Shown here one piece after another: positions 19,821-29,880 of a DNA stretch of 64,000 nt. The stretch lies in contig CABQFB010000001.1 of assembly GCA_902463315.1 (NCBI GenBank), positions 28,130 through 92,129 on the forward strand, written 5' to 3'. Position 1 is the stretch's first letter, and every line of letters begins with the position of its first letter. The notes beneath the pieces were generated by a model. It saw only the letters and a program-made list of their open reading frames with translations. It made no database searches and was not told the origin of the DNA. Origin of the DNA: an uncultured Methanobrevibacter sp. (GTDB taxonomy: Archaea; Methanobacteriota; Methanobacteria; Methanobacteriales; Methanobacteriaceae). The position numbers and the translations under genes were made by a program.

Positions 19821-21050
19821 ATGAAGTATGTAATTTTTATTCCAGACGGTTCTAGTGATTACCCTATTGATGAACTTGGAGGCAGAACTCCTTTAGAAGC
19901 GGCTAACACTCCAAATATTGATAAATTAGCAGAGCGAGGTATTGGTGGATTTACAAATAATGTTCCTCCTCAGTTTACTCCAGGTTCTGACGTGGCTAAT
20001 ATGAGTATTTTCGGATATAATCCTGTAGGGTCATATACTGGCAGGGGGCCTCTTGAAGCAGGAAGCATGGGTATTGAAACCTCTCCAAATGATGTGATTT
20101 TCAGATGCAATACAATAACAGAAAAAGATGGTAAAATCGATGACTTCAATGCAGGCCACATTACCTCTGAAGAAGCAGAGAGTTTAATTAAATCATTAAA
20201 TGAATATTTCAACGAAAAATACGATGACTTCAAAGGAAAGTTTTATCCTGGTATAAGCTACAGGCACTTATTCGTATACTCATGTGGTGACGATAAAGAC
20301 ACAGCTATTTTGGACAATCTCCAAACAATGCCTCCACATGACATTGTAGGTGAGAGTATTGAAGAAAACACTAATTGGAATGATGAAATAACTATTAAAA
20401 TAAAGGAAATCATGAAAGAATCACAGGAAGTCCTTGAAAATCATGAAATAAACAAAAAAAGAATTAAGGAAGGTAAAAAACCAGCTAATATGGTATGGCT
20501 ATGGGGACAGGGAACAACTCCTGAACTGCCTGACTTTAAGGAAACATATGGTCTTGAAGGAGCAGTGATAACTGGTGTAGATCTTCTTAAAGGAATAGGG
20601 ATTTTTGCAGGTCTTGATGTAATTGAGGTTCCAGGAGCAACAGGATTCTTTGATACTGATTACAAGGCTAAAGGGGAATATGCAATTAAAGCATTAGAAG
20701 ATCATGACTTGGTTTTCATACATGTGGAAGCACCAGACGAGGCAGGTCATGCCCAGGATATAGAAGAGAAAATAAAAGCTATCGAAAGAATTGATGAACT
20801 AATTGTAGGACCAGTTATAGACAGCTTGGAAGGACAAGATTATAAGGTAGCTATTCTGCCAGATCATCCAACTCCAGTTTCAGTGGGAACACATACACGA
20901 GATGATGTTCCAATTGTGGTTTACTCAACAACTTCTAATCTTAAAGATGATGTTGGAAGATTTACGGAAAAAGATGTTATTAATGGAGCAATAGCTAAAA
21001 AAGAAGGATTTAATCTTATTAATAGACTGATTAATGACGATTTTGATTAA
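19821..21050 (+). CDS. apgM: 2,3-bisphosphoglycerate-independent phosphoglycerate mutase, archaeal type
   Basis: MKYVIFIPDGSSDYP...HVEAPDEAGH... is the ApgM metalloenzyme signature. Confidence 0.9.
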   Translation: MKYVIFIPDGSSDYPIDELGGRTPLEAANTPNIDKLAERGIGGFTNNVPPQFTPGSDVANMSIFGYNPVGSYTGRGPLEAGSMGIETSPNDVIFRCNTITEKDGKIDDFNAGHITSEEAESLIKSLNEYFNEKYDDFKGKFYPGISYRHLFVYSCGDDKDTAILDNLQTMPPHDIVGESIEENTNWNDEITIKIKEIMKESQEVLENHEINKKRIKEGKKPANMVWLWGQGTTPELPDFKETYGLEGAVITGVDLLKGIGIFAGLDVIEVPGATGFFDTDYKAKGEYAIKALEDHDLVFIHVEAPDEAGHAQDIEEKIKAIERIDELIVGPVIDSLEGQDYKVAILPDHPTPVSVGTHTRDDVPIVVYSTTSNLKDDVGRFTEKDVINGAIAKKEGFNLINRLINDDFD

Positions 21051-22436
21051 ATGATAAATATGAGTTTTGCAACAGTAAGAGATTTGTTTAGAAGTAAGGA
21101 AGGTTATTTATTTTCAAATAAGGCATTATTATTTCTTTTTCTACCGTTGATAGGTGAAAAACTTTTGGAAATGCTTGTAGGATTTGCCGACTCTGTTATG
21201 GTTGCTTCACTAGGAGAAGTAGCTATTTCAGGAGTTTCATTAGTAGATTTTTTAATGCAGCTACTTATCTTTAGTTTTGCAGCTTTAGCATCAGGTGGTG
21301 CTGTAATAGCTGGACAGTATATTGGAGATAAAAAGATAAACAAAGCATGTGAATCTGTAGATCAGCTCTTATGGTTCAATGCTATTTTCTCAGTAATTCT
21401 AATGTTATTTGTATTAATATTTAGAGAAGCTATTATCGGTTTGTTGTTTGGAAGCGTTGAACCTGCTGTATGGAGAAATGCAGACACTTATTTGATTATA
21501 GCTACTTTTTCAATTCCATTTATGGCTATTTTTAATGTAGGTGGAGCAATTTTTCGAACAACTGGGAATTCTTACTTGCCAATGAAAGTCCTTCTTGTTT
21601 GTGATGTCTTAAATATTATTGGAAATGCATTCTGTATTTATTATCTTGGAATGGATGTTAGTGGTGTAGCTATTCCAACAGTTATTGCAAGATTTCTTTC
21701 AGCAGTTATTATTATTTATTTAGCCTGTAAGCCTAAATATGAACTTCATTTGTCAAGAACATTAAAATTTAAGTTTAATTGGAAAATGCTTAAGAACATT
21801 TTGAATGTAGGAATTCCTTATGGTGTTGAAAACGGTTTGTTCCAGCTTGGAAGAATCCTTGTTTTAAGTCTCGTTACCACTTTTGGAACTATGGCAATAG
21901 CTGCAAATTCTGTTGGATACTCTTTAACGGTTTTTCAGGTACTTCCAGGTTTTGCGATTAATTTAGGTTTAACTGTAGTTATTTCACAATGTGTTGGTGC
22001 AAATGATTTTAAACAGGCAAAATATTATAATAAAAAGATTCTTTTAATAATTTTTGCATCAATTGCTGTAACTACACTTCTTATATGGGTTCTTTTACAA
22101 TTTTTGTTAAGTTTGTATAACTTAGCACCAGAAACTGCAGCACTGACTACTGAAATGCTTTTATGGCATAGTGTCTTCAGCATAATTATATGGCCAATTG
22201 CATTTTCACTTCCATCAACATTTAGAGGTGCAGGAGATGCAAAATTCCCAATGTATGTTGGAATTATCGTAATGTTTATATGCAGAATTGGATTATCATA
22301 TGTGTTGTCTTTAAACTTTGGAATGGGAGTTCTTGGAACATGGTTTGCAATGTTTATTGACTGGTTTGTAAGAGGGGGAATCTATGTTTATAGATACTTC
22401 TCAGGTAAATGGATGGATTATAGAGCAATTAGTTAA
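21051..22436 (+). CDS. MATE-family efflux transporter
   Basis: 12-TM profile and N-terminal LLFLFLPLIGEKLLEMLVGFADSVMVASLG typical of the NorM/MATE family. Confidence 0.8.
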   Translation: MINMSFATVRDLFRSKEGYLFSNKALLFLFLPLIGEKLLEMLVGFADSVMVASLGEVAISGVSLVDFLMQLLIFSFAALASGGAVIAGQYIGDKKINKACESVDQLLWFNAIFSVILMLFVLIFREAIIGLLFGSVEPAVWRNADTYLIIATFSIPFMAIFNVGGAIFRTTGNSYLPMKVLLVCDVLNIIGNAFCIYYLGMDVSGVAIPTVIARFLSAVIIIYLACKPKYELHLSRTLKFKFNWKMLKNILNVGIPYGVENGLFQLGRILVLSLVTTFGTMAIAANSVGYSLTVFQVLPGFAINLGLTVVISQCVGANDFKQAKYYNKKILLIIFASIAVTTLLIWVLLQFLLSLYNLAPETAALTTEMLLWHSVFSIIIWPIAFSLPSTFRGAGDAKFPMYVGIIVMFICRIGLSYVLSLNFGMGVLGTWFAMFIDWFVRGGIYVYRYFSGKWMDYRAIS

Positions 22437-22448
22437 TGAGGTGAAAAA

Positions 22449-23237
22449 ATGGCTTTATTTATAGGAGATTTCAAATCTAAACAATTAAGTAAAAGAACAC
22501 CAATCAGTGTAATTTTACCTGCAGATAATATCAATTTTTTAGAGGATAAAGATACAACTGTTAAACCGCCTTATAAAACATTATACCTGCTTCATGGGAT
22601 GTTTGGAAACAATGAAACATTTTTATATAATACTCAAATAAGGGCATATGCTGAGCAGAATAACTTGGCTGTGGTATTGCCAAGTTGCGGTAATTCATTT
22701 TACATAAATAAACCTAAGGCTTTTGAATATTTCTCTAATTATGTTGGTGAAGAGCTTGTAGATTTTACAAGAAAACTATTCCCGTTATCTACTAAAAAAG
22801 AAGACACATATATTGCAGGGTTTTCAATGGGTGGATATGGAGCTATAAGAACAGGATTACTTTACAATGATACTTTTGGAGCTATTGGCGGAATATCTTC
22901 AGGACTAATAACTCACAGACTTAATGAAGCTATTGATGATTATAAGCATATTATTGACTCAAGAGAGTTTGCCGAATCCTGCTTTGGCGATTTGGATAAG
23001 GTTGTCGGTAGTGATATGGATCCTATGCACATTGTAGACGAATTAATAGCAAATAAAAAAGAAATACCATGGTTATTCATGACTGTTGGTAAAGAAGATT
23101 TTCTTAGAAGAGAAAATGAAACTTTTCATGATTATTTAGTGAAAAACAATGTTCCTGTTTCTTTTAAGGAATATGAAGGAAGTCACACATGGGATTTCTG
23201 CAATACTCATATTAAAGAATTCATAGAATGGTTGTAG
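22449..23237 (+). CDS. Putative esterase (alpha/beta hydrolase, esterase D-like)
   Basis: GFSMGGYGA nucleophile elbow, and LYLLHG...GN..F in the N-terminal half. Confidence 0.7.
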   Translation: MALFIGDFKSKQLSKRTPISVILPADNINFLEDKDTTVKPPYKTLYLLHGMFGNNETFLYNTQIRAYAEQNNLAVVLPSCGNSFYINKPKAFEYFSNYVGEELVDFTRKLFPLSTKKEDTYIAGFSMGGYGAIRTGLLYNDTFGAIGGISSGLITHRLNEAIDDYKHIIDSREFAESCFGDLDKVVGSDMDPMHIVDELIANKKEIPWLFMTVGKEDFLRRENETFHDYLVKNNVPVSFKEYEGSHTWDFCNTHIKEFIEWL

Positions 23238-23248
23238 AGGTGACTATT

Positions 23249-24352
23249 ATGAAAAAGCTAAGTTTTGGTTTTATGAGATTACCTTTAGAAAATGATGAAA
23301 TAGATTACGATAAAGTATGCGAAATGGTTGATTATGGAATGGAGAGAGGATTTAACTTTTTTGATTCTGGTTATGAATACTGTGAAGGAAAAAGTGATAT
23401 AGCTATCAGAAAATGTGTAGTGGACAGATATCCTCGTGAAGATATTGTCATTTCAAATAAACTTCCAATTTACAGTTTTGATGAAAACACCAACATGGAA
23501 GATGTTTTCAATGAACAGCTAGAGAACTGTGGTGTTGAATACTTTGATTACTATATGCTTCACTGTCTTACAGACAAGATCTATGAAGGAGTTACAAAAG
23601 AATTGGATGGATTCGGTTTTGTTAAAAATCTTAAAGAAAAAGGTTTGATTAAAAAGTTAGGTATTTCCTTACATGATAATGCTGATGTTTTAGAAAGGAT
23701 CCTTAACCAACACCCTGAAATTGAATTTGTAATGCTTCAACTTAATTACCTTGACTGGATCAATGCCAGTATTCAATCAAGCAGATGTTATAAAGTAGCT
23801 AAAAAATATGGAAAAGAAATTCTGGTAATGGAACCATTAAAAGGAGGAACATTAGTAAATATTCCTGAAGATGCAGAAAAGATGTTTAAAAATCACCATC
23901 CTGATTTGTCAATAGCTTCATGGGGAATACGTTTTGCAGCTAGTTTAGATAATGTTTCAACTGTATTTTCTGGAATGAGCAATCTAGAGCAAATGAAAGA
24001 TAATATCAGCTATATGGAAGAGTTTAAGCCATTAGATCGGCAAGAACAAAAAACTATAAGAAAAGCAAGGAAAATAATTGCAGAATCAATTCCAATAGCC
24101 TGTACTTATTGCGATTATTGCATTCCAGTTTGTCCAGAGAATATTCTTATTCCTAAGTTTTTTGCAATCTATAATGATGCCAAAAATTCATTAGAGGCAC
24201 AGGAATTGCACAACATTTATTTTGAAAATTATGAAAGGGAAAATTCTCCTATTTCAGCATGTACTGAGTGCGGTGAATGTGAAGCTATTTGTACACAGCA
24301 CTTAAAGATAATTGATGATCTTAAGGAAGTTGAGAAATTCTTTAAAAAATAA
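23249..24352 (+). CDS. Aldo/keto reductase with a C-terminal 4Fe-4S cluster-binding domain
   Basis: AKR N-terminus (FGFMRLP) plus C-terminal CTYCDYCIPVCP and CTECGECEAICTQ. Start chosen at MKKLS behind the GGTGA Shine-Dalgarno. Confidence 0.75.
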   Translation: MKKLSFGFMRLPLENDEIDYDKVCEMVDYGMERGFNFFDSGYEYCEGKSDIAIRKCVVDRYPREDIVISNKLPIYSFDENTNMEDVFNEQLENCGVEYFDYYMLHCLTDKIYEGVTKELDGFGFVKNLKEKGLIKKLGISLHDNADVLERILNQHPEIEFVMLQLNYLDWINASIQSSRCYKVAKKYGKEILVMEPLKGGTLVNIPEDAEKMFKNHHPDLSIASWGIRFAASLDNVSTVFSGMSNLEQMKDNISYMEEFKPLDRQEQKTIRKARKIIAESIPIACTYCDYCIPVCPENILIPKFFAIYNDAKNSLEAQELHNIYFENYERENSPISACTECGECEAICTQHLKIIDDLKEVEKFFKK

Positions 24353-24427
24353 TTTATAAATATTAAAAATTTCAAATATAAAACATAATTGTATAGTATT
24401 AAAAATATTAACATGGAGAGGATTTAG

Positions 24428-26029
24428 CTGACAAAATTTATTATAATAACTGGAGGAGTAGTAAGTTCTATTGGTAAGGGCATCACCTCTGCTTCTATTG
24501 GTCGTATTTTACGTTCTTATGGCTTGAATGTTGCAGCAATCAAGATAGACCCTTATTTAAACTGGGATTCAGGCACATTAAATCCCTATCAGCACGGGGA
24601 AGTCTTTGTAACTTATGATGGTATGGAAACTGATCTTGATTTAGGTCATTATGAAAGGTATTTAGATGTTGAACTGCCAGGAATATCAAATATCACAACA
24701 GGTAAAGTCTATCAATCAGTAATCTCTAAAGAAAGAGCTGGAGAATATCTTGGAGATTGTGTACAGGTTATTCCACACATCACTGATGAGATTAAAGAGA
24801 TGATTATAAAGACTGCAGATATTGATGATTATGATGTTATTTTAATAGAATTAGGCGGAACCGTCGGAGATATTGAAAGTCAGCCATTTTTAGAAGCCTT
24901 AAGACAATTAAGAAATGATGTTGGATCTAAAAATGCAATGTTTGTCCATGTTACTTTTATACCCTACTTAAACGCTGCTGGTGAATTTAAAACCAAACCA
25001 ACTCAACATTCAACAAAAGAATTAAGAAGCGTTGGTATAAATCCAGATATAATAGTATGTAGGTCTCAAGAACCTATTGATGATGATTTAAAACGCAAAA
25101 TTGCTCATTTCTGTGATGTAGATAAAGAAGCTGTTGTAAACACTCCAGATGCAGGAACTATCTATGAGGTACCATTGGTTCTTGAAGAAAATAATATCGG
25201 TCAAATTATTGTAGACAGAATTGGTCTTAATGTTAAACCAGACTCCTCAAGTTTAGATTCCTGGAGAAGTGTTGTAGAATCTCTTAAAATTAAAGATCCT
25301 GTTGTAAGAATAGGTATTGTTGGTAAATATGTTGAATTAGAAGACGCTTATATAAGTATTCGTGAATCCTTGCTTCATGCAGCTGCCTCAATTGGTGTAA
25401 AAGCAGATATTGTCTATATAAATTCTGATGTTGACAAGCTAGATTCCGATGTTATGGATTCTCTAAACGGTATTTTAATACCTGGAGGATTTGGTGAACG
25501 TGGTGTTGAAGGTAAACTCCTAGCTATTGATTATGCTATTGAAAACAACATACCATTATTTGGAATTTGTTTGGGAATGCAGTCTATGGTAATTCAGTTT
25601 GCAAGACGAAACGGCTATCCTAATGCTAATAGTGCTGAATTTGATTTGGGAAACGAACATCCTGTCATTGATATGATGGAAGAACAGAAAAAAATCAAAA
25701 ACATGGGAGGAACTATGCGTTTAGGTTCATATGACTGTAAAGTTATTGAAGGAACCAAAACATTTGATGCATATCAGGAAACTGATATTGAAGAACGTCA
25801 CAGACACAGATTTGAATTCAACAACGATTATAGGAAAGATTTACAGGATAAAGGAATTATTATCTCTGGAACAAGTCCTGATGATTTTCTTGTAGAAATT
25901 GTAGAACTTCCTAACCATCCATGGGCTGTTGGTTGTCAATTCCATCCAGAATTTAAATCAAGACCAACCAGACCACATCCATTATTTAAAGCATTTTTAG
26001 AAGCTTCTTATGAAAATTCTAAAAATTAA
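24428..26029 (+). CDS. pyrG: CTP synthase (no canonical start codon at the conserved N-terminus)
   Basis: Conserved N-terminal TKFIIITGGVVSSIGKG and the C-terminal glutamine amidotransferase domain. The reading frame opens at CTG after an in-frame TAG; see findings. Confidence 0.8.
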   Translation: MTKFIIITGGVVSSIGKGITSASIGRILRSYGLNVAAIKIDPYLNWDSGTLNPYQHGEVFVTYDGMETDLDLGHYERYLDVELPGISNITTGKVYQSVISKERAGEYLGDCVQVIPHITDEIKEMIIKTADIDDYDVILIELGGTVGDIESQPFLEALRQLRNDVGSKNAMFVHVTFIPYLNAAGEFKTKPTQHSTKELRSVGINPDIIVCRSQEPIDDDLKRKIAHFCDVDKEAVVNTPDAGTIYEVPLVLEENNIGQIIVDRIGLNVKPDSSSLDSWRSVVESLKIKDPVVRIGIVGKYVELEDAYISIRESLLHAAASIGVKADIVYINSDVDKLDSDVMDSLNGILIPGGFGERGVEGKLLAIDYAIENNIPLFGICLGMQSMVIQFARRNGYPNANSAEFDLGNEHPVIDMMEEQKKIKNMGGTMRLGSYDCKVIEGTKTFDAYQETDIEERHRHRFEFNNDYRKDLQDKGIIISGTSPDDFLVEIVELPNHPWAVGCQFHPEFKSRPTRPHPLFKAFLEASYENSKN

Positions 26030-26150
26030 CTTTTTTCTTATTTTTAATAATTTCTAGTTTTTCTTTTTGATAAAATTCTATAAAAATCATTATTTTAATC
26101 TATATTTTAAAAATTAGCTTTTAATCAAATTTTAACTTCAAATCTGTTCA

Positions 26151-26233
26151 TTCAAATATTTGAACAAGTTTTTATAAAATATTATTCATTTTCATTGAAC
26201 AATTCTTTATAAATGATTATTCAAATATTTGAA
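26151..26233. repeat. Two copies of the perfect 14-bp palindrome TTCAAATATTTGAA, 69 bp apart
   Basis: Copies at 26151..26164 and 26220..26233, directly upstream of the truncated ATPase ORF. Confidence 0.6.
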
Positions 26234-26249
26234 TATATATATATAAGAG

Positions 26250-26603
26250 TTGATTGCAATGATTGAAAAGGAAGAGCTGATTGGAAATTTTATCAAAAAC
26301 GAGTTAATTGATGTCCCCAATATTTTAAATAAGGAATTATCTAAAAATAATAAAAAATTCAATTCCAGAGATGAATTGGATGAAATAAAAAGCTATTTGG
26401 ATACTTTTTTAAATGAAGATACTTCAAATAAAATCATGGTTTTACCAAGTCTTCGAGGTATTGGTAAAACAACATTAATTTTACAGGCGTATGAATATCT
26501 ATTAAAAGAAAAGAATATTCTTCCAAATAATATTTTATACATTTCATTTGATGATTTAAAACATTTTCATTTTTATAATCTGAACATTTGGGTTATATTT
26601 TAA
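26250..26603 (+). pseudogene. N-terminal fragment of an AAA+/DUF4143-type ATPase (truncated)
   Basis: Walker A-like LRGIGKTTL. The ORF ends after 117 aa, whereas this family usually runs ~400 aa. Confidence 0.4.
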
Positions 26604-26628
26604 TATTATATTCTATTAATATTGAATT

Positions 26629-27846
26629 ATGGAGAAAATAGCTGAAATCAAAGATTTTATGGACGATAATGAAAACCGCATGATTGAATTACAGGAGCTG
26701 TTAACATCAATTCCAGCAATGGCGCCTGAAAACAATGGTGATGGGGAACTTGAGAAGGCCAATGCACTTAAAAATTGGCTTATAGCTAATGGTTTTAATG
26801 ATATTGATGTTTATAATGCTCCCGATAAAAGAGTAACGTCAGGAGTTCGTCCAAGCATTGTTGTAACTGTTCCAGGTTTAGATGAACAGGTTATCTGGAT
26901 TATGGCGCATCTTGATGTGGTACCACCAGGAGATCTTTCAGCTTGGGATACTGATCCATGGAAATGCGTTAAAAATGACGGAAAGCTTTTTGGAAGAGGG
27001 TGTGAAGACAATCAGCAGGGTCTTGTTTCAGCAATTTTTGCAGCACTTTATTTTGTAGAGAACAATATAACTCCAAAATATACAATTAAACTTCTTTTTG
27101 TAGCTGATGAAGAAAATGGAAGTACGTATGGTGCAAACTGGTTAATCAAAAACACTAATCTCTTTAATAAGGATGATTTTGTAATTATTCCTGATGGCGG
27201 TGACAGAAAGGGTGTTGACATTGAAATAGCTGAGAAGAACATTTTATGGCTTTGTTTTCATGTTTTAGGTAAGCAAGCTCACGGATCAAGACCAGACACT
27301 GGAAACAATACATATCTAGCTAGCTGTGATCTGGCATTAAGAATCAATGATTTTGAAAACAAGTTTGACAAAACTGACTCATTGTTCTCTCCAATTTACT
27401 CAACATTCCAACCAACTAAACATGAAAGCAATGTTGAAAGTGTTAATATAATTCCTGGTGAAGACATTTTCTATGTAGACTGTAGAATAATTCCGACTTA
27501 CACAATAGCTGATATATGTGGAGAAGTAGATAAGCAGTGCAAAATAGTAGAGGACAAATATGGTGTCAAAATAGAATATACAACACTTCAGAATTCTGAA
27601 AGTCCTCAAACATCAGAAAACTCTCCGATAGTGAAAATATTGTCATCAGCTATTAAAAATGCACATAATCAAGAGACTCGTTGTATTGGTATTGGTGGTG
27701 GAACTGTAGCTGGTGATTTAAGAAGAATGGGAATTGACTGTGCTGTATGGAGCACTTTAGACAATATGGCTCACCAGCCTAATGAATATTGTTCTATAGA
27801 TAACATGGTTAAGGATGCAGTCACATTAGCTGTTATTTTTATTTAA
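26629..27846 (+). CDS. M20-family metallopeptidase (ArgE/DapE-like)
   Basis: Metal-binding motifs HLDVVPPG and ADEENG, which typify M20 peptidases. Confidence 0.75.
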   Translation: MEKIAEIKDFMDDNENRMIELQELLTSIPAMAPENNGDGELEKANALKNWLIANGFNDIDVYNAPDKRVTSGVRPSIVVTVPGLDEQVIWIMAHLDVVPPGDLSAWDTDPWKCVKNDGKLFGRGCEDNQQGLVSAIFAALYFVENNITPKYTIKLLFVADEENGSTYGANWLIKNTNLFNKDDFVIIPDGGDRKGVDIEIAEKNILWLCFHVLGKQAHGSRPDTGNNTYLASCDLALRINDFENKFDKTDSLFSPIYSTFQPTKHESNVESVNIIPGEDIFYVDCRIIPTYTIADICGEVDKQCKIVEDKYGVKIEYTTLQNSESPQTSENSPIVKILSSAIKNAHNQETRCIGIGGGTVAGDLRRMGIDCAVWSTLDNMAHQPNEYCSIDNMVKDAVTLAVIFI

Positions 27847-27933
27847 TTTGTTAATAATATTTTGATTAGAATTAAAGTAAATTTAATTAGTAATCGATAA
27901 CTAATAGTATAACATTAGTTCTAGGTGTTTTTT

Positions 27934-29325
27934 ATGCAGGATTTTAAAGATAAGTCATTAATTATTTCAGTTATAATCGTAACATCCATTGCAACATTCT
28001 TTGTTGCGTATATTTCGTCAGCTATTTCAATAGTTCTTCCAACTCTTGCAAAATATTTCTCTATTAATGATATTTTGGAAAACTGGATTTCTTTAATTTA
28101 TCTTCTCATAATAGCTATTTTCGCACTTCCTTGCGGAGCATTGTCTAAAAAATACGGTCTTGTAAAGACATTTCTAACAGGACTTTTTATTTTTCTAGTA
28201 GGTTCTATTTTGGCTGGTTTTTCCACAACAGCTTATTTCATTCTATTTTCAAGAGCTGTTGAAGCATTAGGAGCTTCTTTTTTATATGTTGCTGGTACTG
28301 CAATGATTGTAAAAGCAACTTCCAAAAAACTTAGAGGAACAGCTTTAGGAATAAATTTAGCTTCATTTTATTTAGGTCTCACTCTTGCTCCTTTTTTAGG
28401 AGGTTTTCTTGCAACTAACTATAACTGGCATTCTATCTTTTTTATTCAAGTACCATTCCTTGTTATAGCTATTTTACTTGTTACATTTAAAATTAAGAAA
28501 AATTGGGTTTTAGATAAAGAATTTGTCATTAACAAAAAGGACCTGTTTTTAAATAGTGCTGCAATACTTCTCTTAATGTTAGGTTTTCTAAATGTTACTG
28601 CTTATTGGGGTATTATTTTAATTGTTGTTGGTGCGATTCTTGGGGTTTTATATATCAAGTCTTCAGCTAATGAAAAGAACCCTTTATTTAAATTGGAAGC
28701 ATATAAAAACATCAATTTTTTAACTTCTAATGTTGCATCTCTTACAAGCTATGTTGGAATATATGTGTTGACTTATATTCTCAATTACCATTTCCAGTAT
28801 GTTAATGGGTTTTCTCCAGAAAAGTCAGGCCTTTATTTAGTCATCGCTCCTTTGGTCATGACAATTACAGCTGTTATTTCAGGTAGAATATCTGATAAGA
28901 AGAACCCTCAATTGATTACGGTTATTGGAATGGTCTTTGTTACTTTGTCAATTTTTATGATGGCATTAATCAACAGATCAACAACCTTGGAATTTATAAT
29001 ATTGGCTATGATTGTTTATGGTGTTGGCTACGGCTTATTTGCATCTCCAAATACGAAAGTAATAATGAGTTCTCTTCCAATCGAGTATAATGACTTCTCA
29101 TCAACAGCGGTTGCAAGTACAAAGTACATTGGTAAAACAGTTAGTCTGGCTATTTTGACATTGATTTTTGCAATATTCATGGGAACTGCAAGTATCAATC
29201 CATCTGATTATTCTAAACTAATCATAAGCTCTCAAATAACCTGTTATTTAGGCGTTATATTTGCAATAATTGCTCTTGCAGCAACAATTATAGGATATAA
29301 ATCAAATACTCCCCTTAATGATTAA
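27934..29325 (+). CDS. MFS transporter
   Basis: ~14 predicted TM helices. The ATG at 27934 lies 6 nt after AGGTG. Confidence 0.75.
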   Translation: MQDFKDKSLIISVIIVTSIATFFVAYISSAISIVLPTLAKYFSINDILENWISLIYLLIIAIFALPCGALSKKYGLVKTFLTGLFIFLVGSILAGFSTTAYFILFSRAVEALGASFLYVAGTAMIVKATSKKLRGTALGINLASFYLGLTLAPFLGGFLATNYNWHSIFFIQVPFLVIAILLVTFKIKKNWVLDKEFVINKKDLFLNSAAILLLMLGFLNVTAYWGIILIVVGAILGVLYIKSSANEKNPLFKLEAYKNINFLTSNVASLTSYVGIYVLTYILNYHFQYVNGFSPEKSGLYLVIAPLVMTITAVISGRISDKKNPQLITVIGMVFVTLSIFMMALINRSTTLEFIILAMIVYGVGYGLFASPNTKVIMSSLPIEYNDFSSTAVASTKYIGKTVSLAILTLIFAIFMGTASINPSDYSKLIISSQITCYLGVIFAIIALAATIIGYKSNTPLND

Positions 29326-29880
29326 TCCAAAATTTTTCTTTTTTTTAAACTAATTCGCTATTGCAATTCTATTGATTCGATTTAATTGAAATAAAATTCA
29401 ATTTTATTCGATAATTAATGCCTTATCTTTTTTTTAATTATTCCGTGAAAAAATATGTCAATTTAGTATATTATAGTTATTAGTTAGATTATTATATAAA
29501 AAAAGAAAATTTAATTGGTATAATACTTTGAAATACTTATATGATGTTTTATTTATATAATGAAAGATATGAACTTTGAAACATTTGACTGAAAAAATAC
29601 TGGAAATAATCAATTTATAGCTAGTTTTTAATTTCGATGTGAAAATACTTATATGTCTGTTATAATAAAAATATCCATAACCAATGAGAATCCTTAATTT
29701 TAAATTAGGAAAACATATTGTCCATTTGGTTTGATATGTAAAATAGGAATAATTCAGCAATAAATTTAAATCATAAATATTAAATTTAAAGTTATATGAT
29801 TTTATTCCAATTATTTTCCTGTTAAACCAATTGAGAATTATTTGTTTGATTTGGTTAGTATATATTTTGGTGTGTTAAAT

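Noticed and set aside
24425-24427. In-frame TAG before pyrG as a possible pyrrolysine/readthrough codon
   Set aside because: Pyl decoding is confined to Methanosarcinales/Methanomassiliicoccales-type lineages with pylTSBCD. Nothing pyl-like is visible here, and gene content points to Methanobacteriales. Non-AUG start or sequence error is more parsimonious.
26250-26603. Full-length functional AAA ATPase
   Set aside because: The ORF stops after 117 aa, shortly after the Walker A motif, and lacks Walker B and sensor regions. Treated as a gene fragment.
29458-29760. 100-aa minus-strand ORF in the modA upstream spacer
   Set aside because: Extremely AT-rich, Tyr/Asn/Ile-dominated translation with no start context. 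Most likely non-coding leader or promoter DNA.
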